DNA of 64,000 bases from Desulfatiglandales bacterium (GTDB lineage: Bacteria; Desulfobacterota; DSM-4660; Desulfatiglandales; Desulfatiglandaceae), in NCBI GenBank assembly GCA_963662465.1, contig OY759599.1, forward strand, positions 1,248,001-1,312,000. Direction: 5' to 3'. Positions 9,530-17,838 of the stretch are shown here, in pieces. How positions within the stretch are numbered: position 1 is the stretch's first letter; every line of letters begins with the position of its first letter. A program made the position numbers and the translations under genes. The notes beneath the pieces were generated by a model, which saw nothing but the letters and a program-made list of their open reading frames with translations, ran no database searches and had not been told where the DNA came from.

Positions 9530-10594
9530 ATGAACCCCATGAACGACCGAAAACGCGCCCTCATGATGGCCCGGCAATACCGGACCTGCCCACCCGATGA
9601 TGTGAAGGATGCTCCGTGGCAGGCCCTGGCGAGAGAACTGGAAAAAGTTTTTCGGGAGGGACAAAAAACTCCCGAACCGCCGGACCCGAAATCCGGCCAA
9701 TTGCGATGCCTCAATCCCCTTTCCCGGCCCTGGCGCGGAGACCGATTTTACAACCCCCCCATGGTGCTGATTCTGGAGTGCCTCTCCCCCCATGGCGCCG
9801 CGCACCGGGTCCGGTCGGCCCTCATCTTTCCCGACATACGCCTGGCCGCCCCCGGCGATCTCATTGTGTCGCTCGAAAGGTTCGGGGAGGGGGATATTTT
9901 CGTGGAATCGTGGAATATCATTACCCTGCGTCGGGATCATCTGGGACCGCTTGTAGATACCGTGAGCTCGGAAATCACAGCGGCGGTGGAGGCCCTGGCC
10001 GGGGACCCGGAAGCCTACCCCGCCTGGGCCATGATGCCTAGACCTTTTTTCCCAGGGGGTTCCGAATTTCCGGACCCCCGGCGGGAATTTCGGAAGCTGG
10101 AACGGGAAGTGGCGGGGGTATTTTCGGGCCTGCGGCCCGTCTATGGTTCGGCCCGGGAAACGGGGAAAGCCCTCGAAACAGCGGTTCCCGGCGTTTACTG
10201 GAAGAAAAAACCCGCAGGGGTGGACGAGGCCATGGCCCTGGCCCGGTTTCCCGACCATCAGCTTCCCTTGGCGGCGGCCGACGTTCATGGGGCAACCATG
10301 GCGGCCAATCTGGCGGTGCTGCGGGATGGGGAGGTTCAAACCTTTGTTCCCGTGCCCTTGACGATTTTCGGTAAAACCGGAAATCTCATGATTGCCGGGC
10401 GCATTACGGGCCTTCCAGCGGGGGTGGACCATTCCCGCTTGATATGCCGCCTGGAAGTGCCCGATGGCGCGTTCCTTTCCCCCGACCAATGTCGCTGGGA
10501 CCCGAAGGACGGGAATTTCGTCGTATCCTTTGAGGGGGTGGAAGGTATCGAGGGAACCCTCCGGGCCGCGGTGGTGGTGAAGAGTGAAGAGTGA
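9530..10594 (+). CDS. Putative anti-sigma factor with a MazF/PemK-like N-terminal region (CalpT-like)
   Basis: Directly follows the sigma gene. PKSGQLR...YNPPMVLIL...GDLIV...FVESWNIITL...LG.LVDTVS recalls the MazF fold pattern, followed by DPRREFRKLE and a beta-rich C-terminal domain. Confidence 0.5.
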   Translation: MNPMNDRKRALMMARQYRTCPPDDVKDAPWQALARELEKVFREGQKTPEPPDPKSGQLRCLNPLSRPWRGDRFYNPPMVLILECLSPHGAAHRVRSALIFPDIRLAAPGDLIVSLERFGEGDIFVESWNIITLRRDHLGPLVDTVSSEITAAVEALAGDPEAYPAWAMMPRPFFPGGSEFPDPRREFRKLEREVAGVFSGLRPVYGSARETGKALETAVPGVYWKKKPAGVDEAMALARFPDHQLPLAAADVHGATMAANLAVLRDGEVQTFVPVPLTIFGKTGNLMIAGRITGLPAGVDHSRLICRLEVPDGAFLSPDQCRWDPKDGNFVVSFEGVEGIEGTLRAAVVVKSEE

Positions 10595-10613
10595 AGAGTT
10601 AAGAATTAAGAGT
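10577..10613. repeat. Short heptamer tandem repeat (GTGAAGA-like x5)
   Basis: GTGAAGA GTGAAGA GTGAAGA GTTAAGA ATTAAGA GT across the stop codon of the 9530 gene. Confidence 0.6.
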
Positions 10614-10674
10614 GGGGGGGGTGAGGTTTGAAATGAAGGGACCTGACGTTCTTAAAAATCGGGGTTGAAGGCTG

Positions 10675-12810
10675 TTGATGCCCATGGATATCTCTTTCCT
10701 CCTTTTTCTATCGGAAGTTTCATGGTCCCGGGACCTGGTGTCGTCCCTGCTTTGCGATCCCCGGACCACTTTATGGGGATCCCTTTCCCTGTCACGGTTC
10801 AAGACCCAATTTAACAACATCGGCAATAATTTTAAACACACGCCCTGTCTCATGACCTTGCTGGAACGGCATCTTCTGGCCCGCTGCCTTCTTCGGGGCG
10901 CGGATGTTCCGGAATGGTTCTTCCGGTTCGTGGAAGAGACCATCGACCTTGAAGAACATCTGCCCGGCATGGATTGGAATGCCTGTTGCGCCGGGCGATG
11001 GGTGGCCGCGCCCATGCTCCTGGTGGGCGAACGGGCCCATCTGCGATGGCTTTTGGTGGGGCGGGTGAAGCAACCTCGTCCTCGTCCGTTTCCCCCCTGG
11101 GTCGAAGAACTGATGGATTCGAAGGCCCGGCATGCCGTTATGGATGCCATGACAGCCGTAAGCCCGGCTGGATGGGATACTGTGCCGCCGCCGGGCGCGT
11201 TCACCTGCTTTCCCCTGGTGGCGGCCCATGAAAACTGCCGCATTGCCGGCGTTTCCCTGGGGCTTTCCACGGCCCTGGCCTGCATTTTTCTGGATAACGG
11301 GGGTGAGGGAATCATGGATGTCGCCGCTGCCGGAACGGTGCAAAAGGACGGCGCCGTGGGACCGGTGGGTCGGCTCCCGGAAAAGGTTGCCCATGCGGCG
11401 AAAAGCGGGTTTCGGCTCATGGTGGTCCCCGCCGGGAATCGCCTTCCTGCCGATTGCCCGGAAATGGATGTCCTGCCCGCGGCTACCCTGGCAGAAGCAT
11501 GGTTGTTGGCGTCCCTCCATGGGCCGGGCCGGGGAAACCGGTTGCGCCTGTTTGAAGCCATGTTGAATGATCCCCGAACCTTCGTGGATAACTGCGCCGC
11601 CGTTCCGACCCAATGGCTTTGGTGGGCGAAAAAGAACGGACGAACCGGGTCCGTCATGGCGCAGGTTTGCTCAGCGGAATCACTATTCGGCCGATTTGTG
11701 CATCACATGGGGGATTGCCTCCGGAACGGTCGCCTGTCCCATGGGGAAACCCTGGCGCAACTGCCGGACTCCCCTCCGCGGGACCATGGGGATTGTTCTC
11801 CCGCATCCCGGTTCAAATGGATTCTCGTAAACCTGGCCCTTGCCAATCATCGGGGACTGGTGTTGGAGAGTGAGCAGTGGGCCGGGAGGGCAGGTAAGAT
11901 GGTAAAGGGGGCTTCCGTAACCGACCTTACGGCCTTTGCCGCCTTTTACAATTACGGGTTTGTGGGGTTGCGTCATAATCAATACCGGTTTACGCCGGAA
12001 TTGCCCGGTCCCCTGGCAGACCTCCTGTCGTCTCTTGAGACCATGCACAGGGCCCAGTGCCGCATTCTTCCCGGTTCTCAAAACGGCGCCCTTGGGGCCC
12101 TTTACGGCACCATTGCTCAGAACTTCGGATTTTGCGGTCCTTCCTTTCTAACGCAAACCCGGAAGTATGTCCTCCTTTCCACGGAAGCCTTCGGGGATGA
12201 TCCCTCCGTCCATGAAGATCGCCGGCGACAACAGCATTGCCTGGCCTATGCCCTGATGGATGCGGGCCGGTTCCGGGAGGCGGAAGAGACCCTCCTTCCC
12301 TATCTGGATGTGATGTCCCGGGACGAACTGTGCGACCGCCTGCCCGGGTTCCAGAAGTGGGAACATGCGCTTCTGGCGCGGTTTCTGGTCGATTTCAGAC
12401 CGGTGGAAATGTGCCGTCGGTATGCCCAATGGGTTGAAAGGGAGGGTGCTTCCATGGTCGGAAAAACACATCCCTGGCAATTGTGGCGTCATAATATGGG
12501 CCGTGTCATGCTGTTTCTGGGGCGAAGGGAGGAGGCCGTCTTTTTTTTCAAAGAGAGCCTCGAATTGTGTCTTTCCGGCCGTTTCGGCGCCACGGTGCGG
12601 GTGATGGCGTTTCTGCCCCTGTCGGGTCTTCGCAAATCGGACGCGCTGAAGGGGTTGAACCTGGACGCCCTGGAAAAGACCCTTCGGAGTGCGGCTGGTT
12701 CCTTGAACCCGGTTCATTTTCAGGATCTGCTGAAGGAAAAGGACTTTCTGAAAGCATTGGATCGGGTGTGGGAAAAGCCGGCCGATTTCTTCCCTTTTAC
12801 CTATCGTTAG
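10675..12810 (+). CDS. Lon-type (S16) Ser-Lys protease domain fused to a helical/TPR-like C-terminal region; no AAA+ module
   Basis: IAGVSLGL (Ser194) ... AAAGTVQKDGAVGPVGRLPEK (Lys237) ... AAKSGFRLMVVPAGN. The 43-residue Ser-Lys spacing equals E. coli Lon S679/K722. The C-terminal region has TPR-like helices (LAYALMDAGRFREAEETL; NMGRVMLFLGRREEAVFFFKESLEL). Start codon uncertain (10675/10678/10684). Confidence 0.8.
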   Translation: MMPMDISFLLFLSEVSWSRDLVSSLLCDPRTTLWGSLSLSRFKTQFNNIGNNFKHTPCLMTLLERHLLARCLLRGADVPEWFFRFVEETIDLEEHLPGMDWNACCAGRWVAAPMLLVGERAHLRWLLVGRVKQPRPRPFPPWVEELMDSKARHAVMDAMTAVSPAGWDTVPPPGAFTCFPLVAAHENCRIAGVSLGLSTALACIFLDNGGEGIMDVAAAGTVQKDGAVGPVGRLPEKVAHAAKSGFRLMVVPAGNRLPADCPEMDVLPAATLAEAWLLASLHGPGRGNRLRLFEAMLNDPRTFVDNCAAVPTQWLWWAKKNGRTGSVMAQVCSAESLFGRFVHHMGDCLRNGRLSHGETLAQLPDSPPRDHGDCSPASRFKWILVNLALANHRGLVLESEQWAGRAGKMVKGASVTDLTAFAAFYNYGFVGLRHNQYRFTPELPGPLADLLSSLETMHRAQCRILPGSQNGALGALYGTIAQNFGFCGPSFLTQTRKYVLLSTEAFGDDPSVHEDRRRQQHCLAYALMDAGRFREAEETLLPYLDVMSRDELCDRLPGFQKWEHALLARFLVDFRPVEMCRRYAQWVEREGASMVGKTHPWQLWRHNMGRVMLFLGRREEAVFFFKESLELCLSGRFGATVRVMAFLPLSGLRKSDALKGLNLDALEKTLRSAAGSLNPVHFQDLLKEKDFLKALDRVWEKPADFFPFTYR

Positions 12811-12862
12811 GAGAGGTTTTTTCTTTTCTCCGTCTAAGTGGTCGAAGTTAGGACCAATCCTA

Positions 12863-12896
12863 TTTTTTTTTGAAAAAACGTTCCCCATAGCCGTAA
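12863..12896 (+). promoter_or_regulatory. ECF-type promoter motif copy 2
   Basis: TTTTTTTTTGAAAAAACGTTCCCCATAGCCGTAA: TGAA at 12871, GCCGTAA at 12890 (offset 19). Confidence 0.75.
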
Positions 12897-13410
12897 TACG
12901 ATATTAAGGCGAAGGCTGTTTGGCGGGCCAAGATCGTCTGAAACCCATGGTTCAGGCCATAGATAGCCGGAGAGGGGGGGGCGTGCATGCAAATTGAGTG
13001 CGGCAATGAGTGAAGCGGTATTTGATGGACACTTATGCGGCCGGCGGGCTTCAACGCTAATCAAAACTGAACCAAGTTTGCTAATGGAAATTGAACCATT
13101 GGCTGTCACCGCCGGTGAGTACGGCCCTCAGGTATAGCGGACGATGAGGGATCCATAAGTGGCGGCAAAGGAGTCGTTGATGTAGATTTACTTTTCAATA
13201 AATTTTTATAAAATCTATTTTCTTTGGATTTGGTTTTCTTCTTCCAAGACAGAGGCTTGGTTAAGTGGAAATGCGATTTACTTTGTAGAATGGATGGTGA
13301 AGGCCCGAAGTAGCCGCTTCGGGCCTTCTTTTTTGACCACCGGATAGAGCCGGAAGCCACACACACGCCAATTTTATATAAGTGTGTTTCCGGCCAATTG
13401 CAAGGCCGGA

Positions 13411-13827
13411 ATGATGGGAGATGTCCTTTTAAGAGTGGTTCAATGCCGATGTTGTGGTTGCTTTTTTCACGTCTGTCGGTCGTGTTGGCGTGGCCAGGCC
13501 TATTGTGGGGAACGATGTCGCAGGATACGCCAAAGACAGCTGCACCGGAAAGCTCAGGGGAAATACCGCAATTCGAAAAAAGGGAAAGAGCGCCGTCGTT
13601 TGTACGAAAAAACAAAAAAATCCAAAAAAAATGGACTGAACCCTGGTGATGATAGTTCAACACCTCAAAAAGACTGTGATATTGAACCCAAAAAGCGGTC
13701 GGGGAACCGACCCAGCTGTCTTTTTTGCGGGTCGATCGGGGTTGTTGTGGACCATTTTCCTCGCCGTGCTTATGCAGGGAGGGTTTTTTCAGATGTAACA
13801 GGCTTTGAGAAAACCCCATATCCATGA
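13411..13827 (+). CDS. Cys-rich putative zinc-finger accessory protein of the IS element
   Basis: CRCC..F..CRSCWRGQAYC...CR, followed by a basic tract and a CLFCG motif. Confidence 0.55.
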   Translation: MMGDVLLRVVQCRCCGCFFHVCRSCWRGQAYCGERCRRIRQRQLHRKAQGKYRNSKKGKERRRLYEKTKKSKKNGLNPGDDSSTPQKDCDIEPKKRSGNRPSCLFCGSIGVVVDHFPRRAYAGRVFSDVTGFEKTPYP

Positions 13828-13839
13828 CAGGAGAAAAAA

Positions 13840-14259
13840 ATGATCAAAAAAAGAGTCCTTTTTCCCGAAAGAGTGCGTGTCATCAATGGAAGCTTCGGCT
13901 TTCTGGAGCATCGTTTTTTGAGAAACGGCTTTTGGGAGAGCCTGAATCATCATGAGCTGCTGCTCTACATTTTTCTGGTGTTGGTATCTGACAAAAACGG
14001 TCTCTCTTATTATGGTTACGACAGAATCTGCCGGATTTTAAAGGTGCATTTGGATCAATATATCGATGCCCGCGATGGCTTGTTGGACAAGGATCTGATT
14101 GGGTTTGATGGCCGTCTGTTTCAGGTTCTTTCGCTTCCCAGACGTCCTGTGATTGTGAAACAGGTAAAGGAGATCCGGCAAGGAAATTGGGTCAGTCTTG
14201 GAGAAACCATAGAGGAAATCTTTCGGGAGACTGGGTATGGAATCCATCCGAACCGTTGA
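13840..14259 (+). CDS. Putative winged-helix accessory protein of the IS element
   Basis: AGGAG RBS. SLNHHELLLYIFLVLVSD..GLSYY....IC..L resembles a wHTH/RepA-N-like pattern. Confidence 0.55.
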   Translation: MIKKRVLFPERVRVINGSFGFLEHRFLRNGFWESLNHHELLLYIFLVLVSDKNGLSYYGYDRICRILKVHLDQYIDARDGLLDKDLIGFDGRLFQVLSLPRRPVIVKQVKEIRQGNWVSLGETIEEIFRETGYGIHPNR

Positions 14260-15121
14260 TATTCATTTGCTGGAGTTGCGTTACGCTCATTGCCGGATAA
14301 TGAATCACCAGGCTTTAAAGCGATTGAGGGATTCCATCGAAACTTACGGGCAGATCGTTCCGGCCCTGGCTATTGAAGAAAAAGACAAACTGATTCTGAT
14401 TGATGGCTACCTGCGTGTTCGAGCGCTTTGTGCTTGTGGAAAGGACCGGATATGTGTCCAATTCTCAAAAGAAAACGAACAAAATGCCATGTTTTCGCTT
14501 TTAACCAAGGCCAATGAACGGCAATGGGAAGTCATTGAGCAGTCTGTTTTACTTCAGGAATTACATCGGCGTTTTGGGTGCAGCCTCTCCCATATTGCAA
14601 CCCGAATAGGGCGCGACAAGAGTTTTGTAAAACGGCGGCTGGACCTGGTTGAAGCCCTGCCGGAAAATATTTTGAGAACCGTGATTGCAGGCTCACTTTC
14701 AACCTGGGCTGCCGGCCGTGTCATGGCGCCGTTGGCGCGCGCCAACGGTGAAGACGCACAAAAACTGTTGGCCCACCTGGAAAAAGAACCTCTATCCACA
14801 AGGGAACTGGCCCGTTTCTACGCACATTACCAGAAAAGCAACCGGTCTGTTCGAGACCACATGCTGGAAAATCCATCCCTTTTCATAAAAGTTCTCGAAC
14901 AAAGAACCCAGTCTAAACAAGCCAAAGAAGTTCATGATGGACCGGAAGGCAAATGGTTCAAGGATATTGAAATGGCATATGCGGTTCTCAAACGTCTGGT
15001 GAAAACCGTTTCGCATGTCCATTACCCAAAAAGCGATCAGTTGAAGAAACAAACGCTCAAAACCTGGGTGAAAAAGATAGAAAAACAAGCACTGGAACTC
15101 AAGAAAGCGACCCAATTATGA
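14237..15121 (+). CDS. ParB/Srx-like N-terminal domain plus HTH protein (IS accessory)
   Basis: L.DSI..YGQIVP...LIDGYLRVRA ParB-like motif, then HTH SLSHIATRIGRDKSFVKRRL. Confidence 0.75.
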   Translation: MESIRTVDIHLLELRYAHCRIMNHQALKRLRDSIETYGQIVPALAIEEKDKLILIDGYLRVRALCACGKDRICVQFSKENEQNAMFSLLTKANERQWEVIEQSVLLQELHRRFGCSLSHIATRIGRDKSFVKRRLDLVEALPENILRTVIAGSLSTWAAGRVMAPLARANGEDAQKLLAHLEKEPLSTRELARFYAHYQKSNRSVRDHMLENPSLFIKVLEQRTQSKQAKEVHDGPEGKWFKDIEMAYAVLKRLVKTVSHVHYPKSDQLKKQTLKTWVKKIEKQALELKKATQL

Positions 15122-16500
15122 TCCGACAATCCAAAAAAGATGCCATTGTGGAATTGAAAAAAACCGGCATGAGTTTGCGCGACATCGCCAAAACCCTGAA
15201 GGCCGGTCGCAATACCGTCACGAAGGTTTTAGATGATCATGACGAAGAGGCGGTACCCCAAAGGAACTCCCGGTATGAAGAACATGTCCCGTTGATCCGC
15301 GAGCTTTTCAAGGAATGTAAAGGAAATGCCGTGCGAGTAGCCGAGGAACTGGAAAGCCGCCAACAGATCAAAATCCCTTATCAGAGTCTGACCTGGATTA
15401 TGAGAAAGTACGAGATCCGGGAACGTAAAAAAAGACGGGCGGGCCAATACCATTTTAAACCCGGTCAGGAGATGCAGCATGATACGTCACCCCATCTGGT
15501 TGTCATTAATGGGAAAAAAATGTCGACCCAGTGCGCGTCCCTGACCCTGGCCTTTTGCCGAAGGATTTTTATTCAGTATTACCCCTGTTTTACCCGGTTT
15601 GAGTGCAAGGTTTTCCTAAAAAAAGCATTCGAGTTTATGGACGGGGTGTGTTCCCGGTGCATGGTTGACAACACCAATGTTATTGTGGCCGGCGGCACCG
15701 GGCCTGATGCATTGATTGCGCCTGAAATGAAATACTTCGGCGATATGTATGGAACCCGGTTTGAGGCCCATGCTGTAGGAGACGCCAATCGAAGTGCCCG
15801 TGTGGAAAGGCCTTTTCATTTTGTGGAAAACAATTTTCTTCCCGGTAGAACATTTGTTAGCTGGCAGGATTTGAACCGGCAGGCAATCGACTGGTGCCGG
15901 AATACAAGCGATAAAAAGTTTAAACGGGCTTTAGGGATGACGCCGGATGAGGCCTATGTCATTGAAAAGCCATATCTCATTGATTTACCGGCATACCAGC
16001 CGCCAGTCTATGTGGCAGAACACAGGGTAGCCGATGTTCAGGGATATGTGCACTTGGACACCAACCGCTATTCAGTCCCTGAAGCGCTGATTGGGAACTC
16101 CCTGGAAGTACAGAAACATTGGCTCAAGGTCATCGTTTACGACAAAAACACAAAAGTGGCGGAACATGACCGCATACTGGATAAACGCAACACCCGAACA
16201 ACCCTGCCCGGTCACCATGTTCCCATTCGAAGAAAAAAAGATCCCCGAATCCCTTCAAAAGAAGAACAGCTGTTGACGGGAGAGGATGCCATCCTGGATG
16301 AGTATGTGGCTGAACTGAAGAAAAGAAGTCACGGTCGCGGTGTGGTCAAGTTACGTCGGTTGCTTCATCTGAAACGCACTTATCCCGGGGAACCTTTTTT
16401 GAAAGCCATAACACAGGCGCTTAAATATGGACTTTTTGATTTGTCGCGTCTGGAAAACATTATTCTCGATTATATCGCGGGAGACTTTTTTGATCTATGA
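15118..16500 (+). CDS. istA: IS21-family transposase
   Basis: N-terminal HTH, PGQEMQHD, MVDN and ARVERPF.FVENNF DDE core, Y..DTNRYSVP. Confidence 0.92.
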   Translation: MIRQSKKDAIVELKKTGMSLRDIAKTLKAGRNTVTKVLDDHDEEAVPQRNSRYEEHVPLIRELFKECKGNAVRVAEELESRQQIKIPYQSLTWIMRKYEIRERKKRRAGQYHFKPGQEMQHDTSPHLVVINGKKMSTQCASLTLAFCRRIFIQYYPCFTRFECKVFLKKAFEFMDGVCSRCMVDNTNVIVAGGTGPDALIAPEMKYFGDMYGTRFEAHAVGDANRSARVERPFHFVENNFLPGRTFVSWQDLNRQAIDWCRNTSDKKFKRALGMTPDEAYVIEKPYLIDLPAYQPPVYVAEHRVADVQGYVHLDTNRYSVPEALIGNSLEVQKHWLKVIVYDKNTKVAEHDRILDKRNTRTTLPGHHVPIRRKKDPRIPSKEEQLLTGEDAILDEYVAELKKRSHGRGVVKLRRLLHLKRTYPGEPFLKAITQALKYGLFDLSRLENIILDYIAGDFFDL

Positions 16501-17216
16501 AAAAGAAAATTGAACAGTTACTCATTGATTTGAAGTTTAAAGGCATGCTGAAGGCTCTCGAAGAACAGTTGGCTTCGGCTGAAAAGAACGGTTTTTCCAT
16601 TCACGAGGTCATCTACAATCTCCTGGCTGAGGAATTACGTTTCCGGCAGGAGCGCAGCATGATCTATCGGGTCCAGATTGCAAAGCTTCCATGGGAATGG
16701 ACCCTCAACTCCTTTCCGTTTGATCTTCAGCCGGGAATACAGAAGAGCCGGATCATGACGTTGTCCGGCCTTGACTTTATCAGCCGAAGAGAAAACATCG
16801 TGTTCCATGGAAAAACCGGCGTCGGCAAAACGGGATTGGCCGTGGGGATCCTTCGTCAAGCCATTATTGCCGGGTACCGGGGGCGTTTTTATAATGTTCA
16901 GGATTTGCTGGATCAGCTCTATGCGTCTTTGGCAGATCGGTCCACCCCGAAACTCCTCAATGCCCTTTGCAGATATGACCTGCTTCTGCTCGATGAACTG
17001 GGATACCTGACCCTCAAAAAAGAGCAGATGAACGCCTTTTTTAAACTCATGAAAGATCGCTATGAAGCCGGTCGGTCCACAATTATTACGACCAATCTTC
17101 AACCTGAACAATGGTATTCGCTGCTTGAACCAAAGGACATGGTCGATGCCTTGCTGGATCGTCTCAACCATCGCTGCATCAACATTCATATTGATGGTCC
17201 TTCCCTCAGAAAATGA
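16497..17216 (+). CDS. istB: IS21-family AAA+ helper ATPase
   Basis: GKTGVGKT, LLLLDELGY, IITTNL, ALLDRL.H.....I.GPS.R. Confidence 0.93.
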   Translation: MKKKIEQLLIDLKFKGMLKALEEQLASAEKNGFSIHEVIYNLLAEELRFRQERSMIYRVQIAKLPWEWTLNSFPFDLQPGIQKSRIMTLSGLDFISRRENIVFHGKTGVGKTGLAVGILRQAIIAGYRGRFYNVQDLLDQLYASLADRSTPKLLNALCRYDLLLLDELGYLTLKKEQMNAFFKLMKDRYEAGRSTIITTNLQPEQWYSLLEPKDMVDALLDRLNHRCINIHIDGPSLRK

Positions 17217-17314
17217 GATGTTCGCCAAAGGGCCGGTTTTGAGGTCTGAATATCACCGGTCTGTTTGAATCTCGTTACACGAATATCAGAAATTACCTTG
17301 TCTTGGAGCTTGAA

Positions 17315-17512
17315 ATGAGAGGTGGAAAACGGGTAGGCGCCGGCCGAAGAAAGAAACCGGAACATTTGAGACGTGAACTGCTCACCATTCGTCTCCCCAA
17401 ATGGATGATTCTACAGCTGAAAAAAAACGGGGAAATTGGATATTTGATTGAGGATCAATTGGCGAAGGGAGGCCTCCTGAATTTACCGGACGACTATGAC
17501 ATAGACAAATAG
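17315..17512 (+). CDS. Small putative DNA-binding protein inside the IS
   Basis: RGGKRVGAGRRK..., TIRLP ribbon-helix-helix-like pattern. GGAG RBS. Confidence 0.5.
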   Translation: MRGGKRVGAGRRKKPEHLRRELLTIRLPKWMILQLKKNGEIGYLIEDQLAKGGLLNLPDDYDIDK

Positions 17513-17838
17513 TTCCTCAATAAGCATTGCCCTTAACCGAAAAATCTAATCCCCTCTTCTCTGCCATCACCATATTGATGGTATCCTCATCACTGATTCT
17601 TCAACCAGAACGCTACGTGTCTCACCAGCATTTTTAAAATACCATCTGATATACTCTTTCATGCAACCTCTAACAAATTTACAAGAAAACCCTTCTAAAA
17701 GGAAAAGACCAGTGCGCAATATCTGGTTCCGTTTGGAGTAGCAAAACTGGTTCCATTTTGGTTAGCGCCCAAGCCGGCGGGAGGACTGCCGGAAAAAACA
17801 GTTGTATTTCATGTCGTGCATATTTAGGAGAAAATAGA

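Larger units (their letters stand above)
13049..17773 (+). mobile_element. IS21-family element (~4.7 kb) with accessory genes
   Basis: Contains istA/istB. Imperfect terminal IRs with repeated GCTA..AAA..GAACCA units (13049-13099 versus reverse complement of 17722-17773). Flanked by direct repeat CCGGCGGG at 13041-13048 and 17774-17781. Confidence 0.85.

Noticed and set aside
8614..11657. Long minus-strand ORFs (366, 372, 352 aa) opposite the sigma/anti-sigma/protease genes
   Set aside because: Antisense shadows in GC-rich coding DNA with no motifs. The plus-strand ORFs carry the recognisable motifs.
13025..13048. ATG upstream of the IS that would be in frame with the 17839 gene once the IS is removed
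   Set aside because: The RBS and signal peptide favour ATG 17839, and an in-frame match has a one-in-three chance.
13104..13130. TGTCACCGCCGG, resembling a canonical IS21 left end
   Set aside because: No matching right end found. The IR pair and flanking duplication support 13049/17773 instead.
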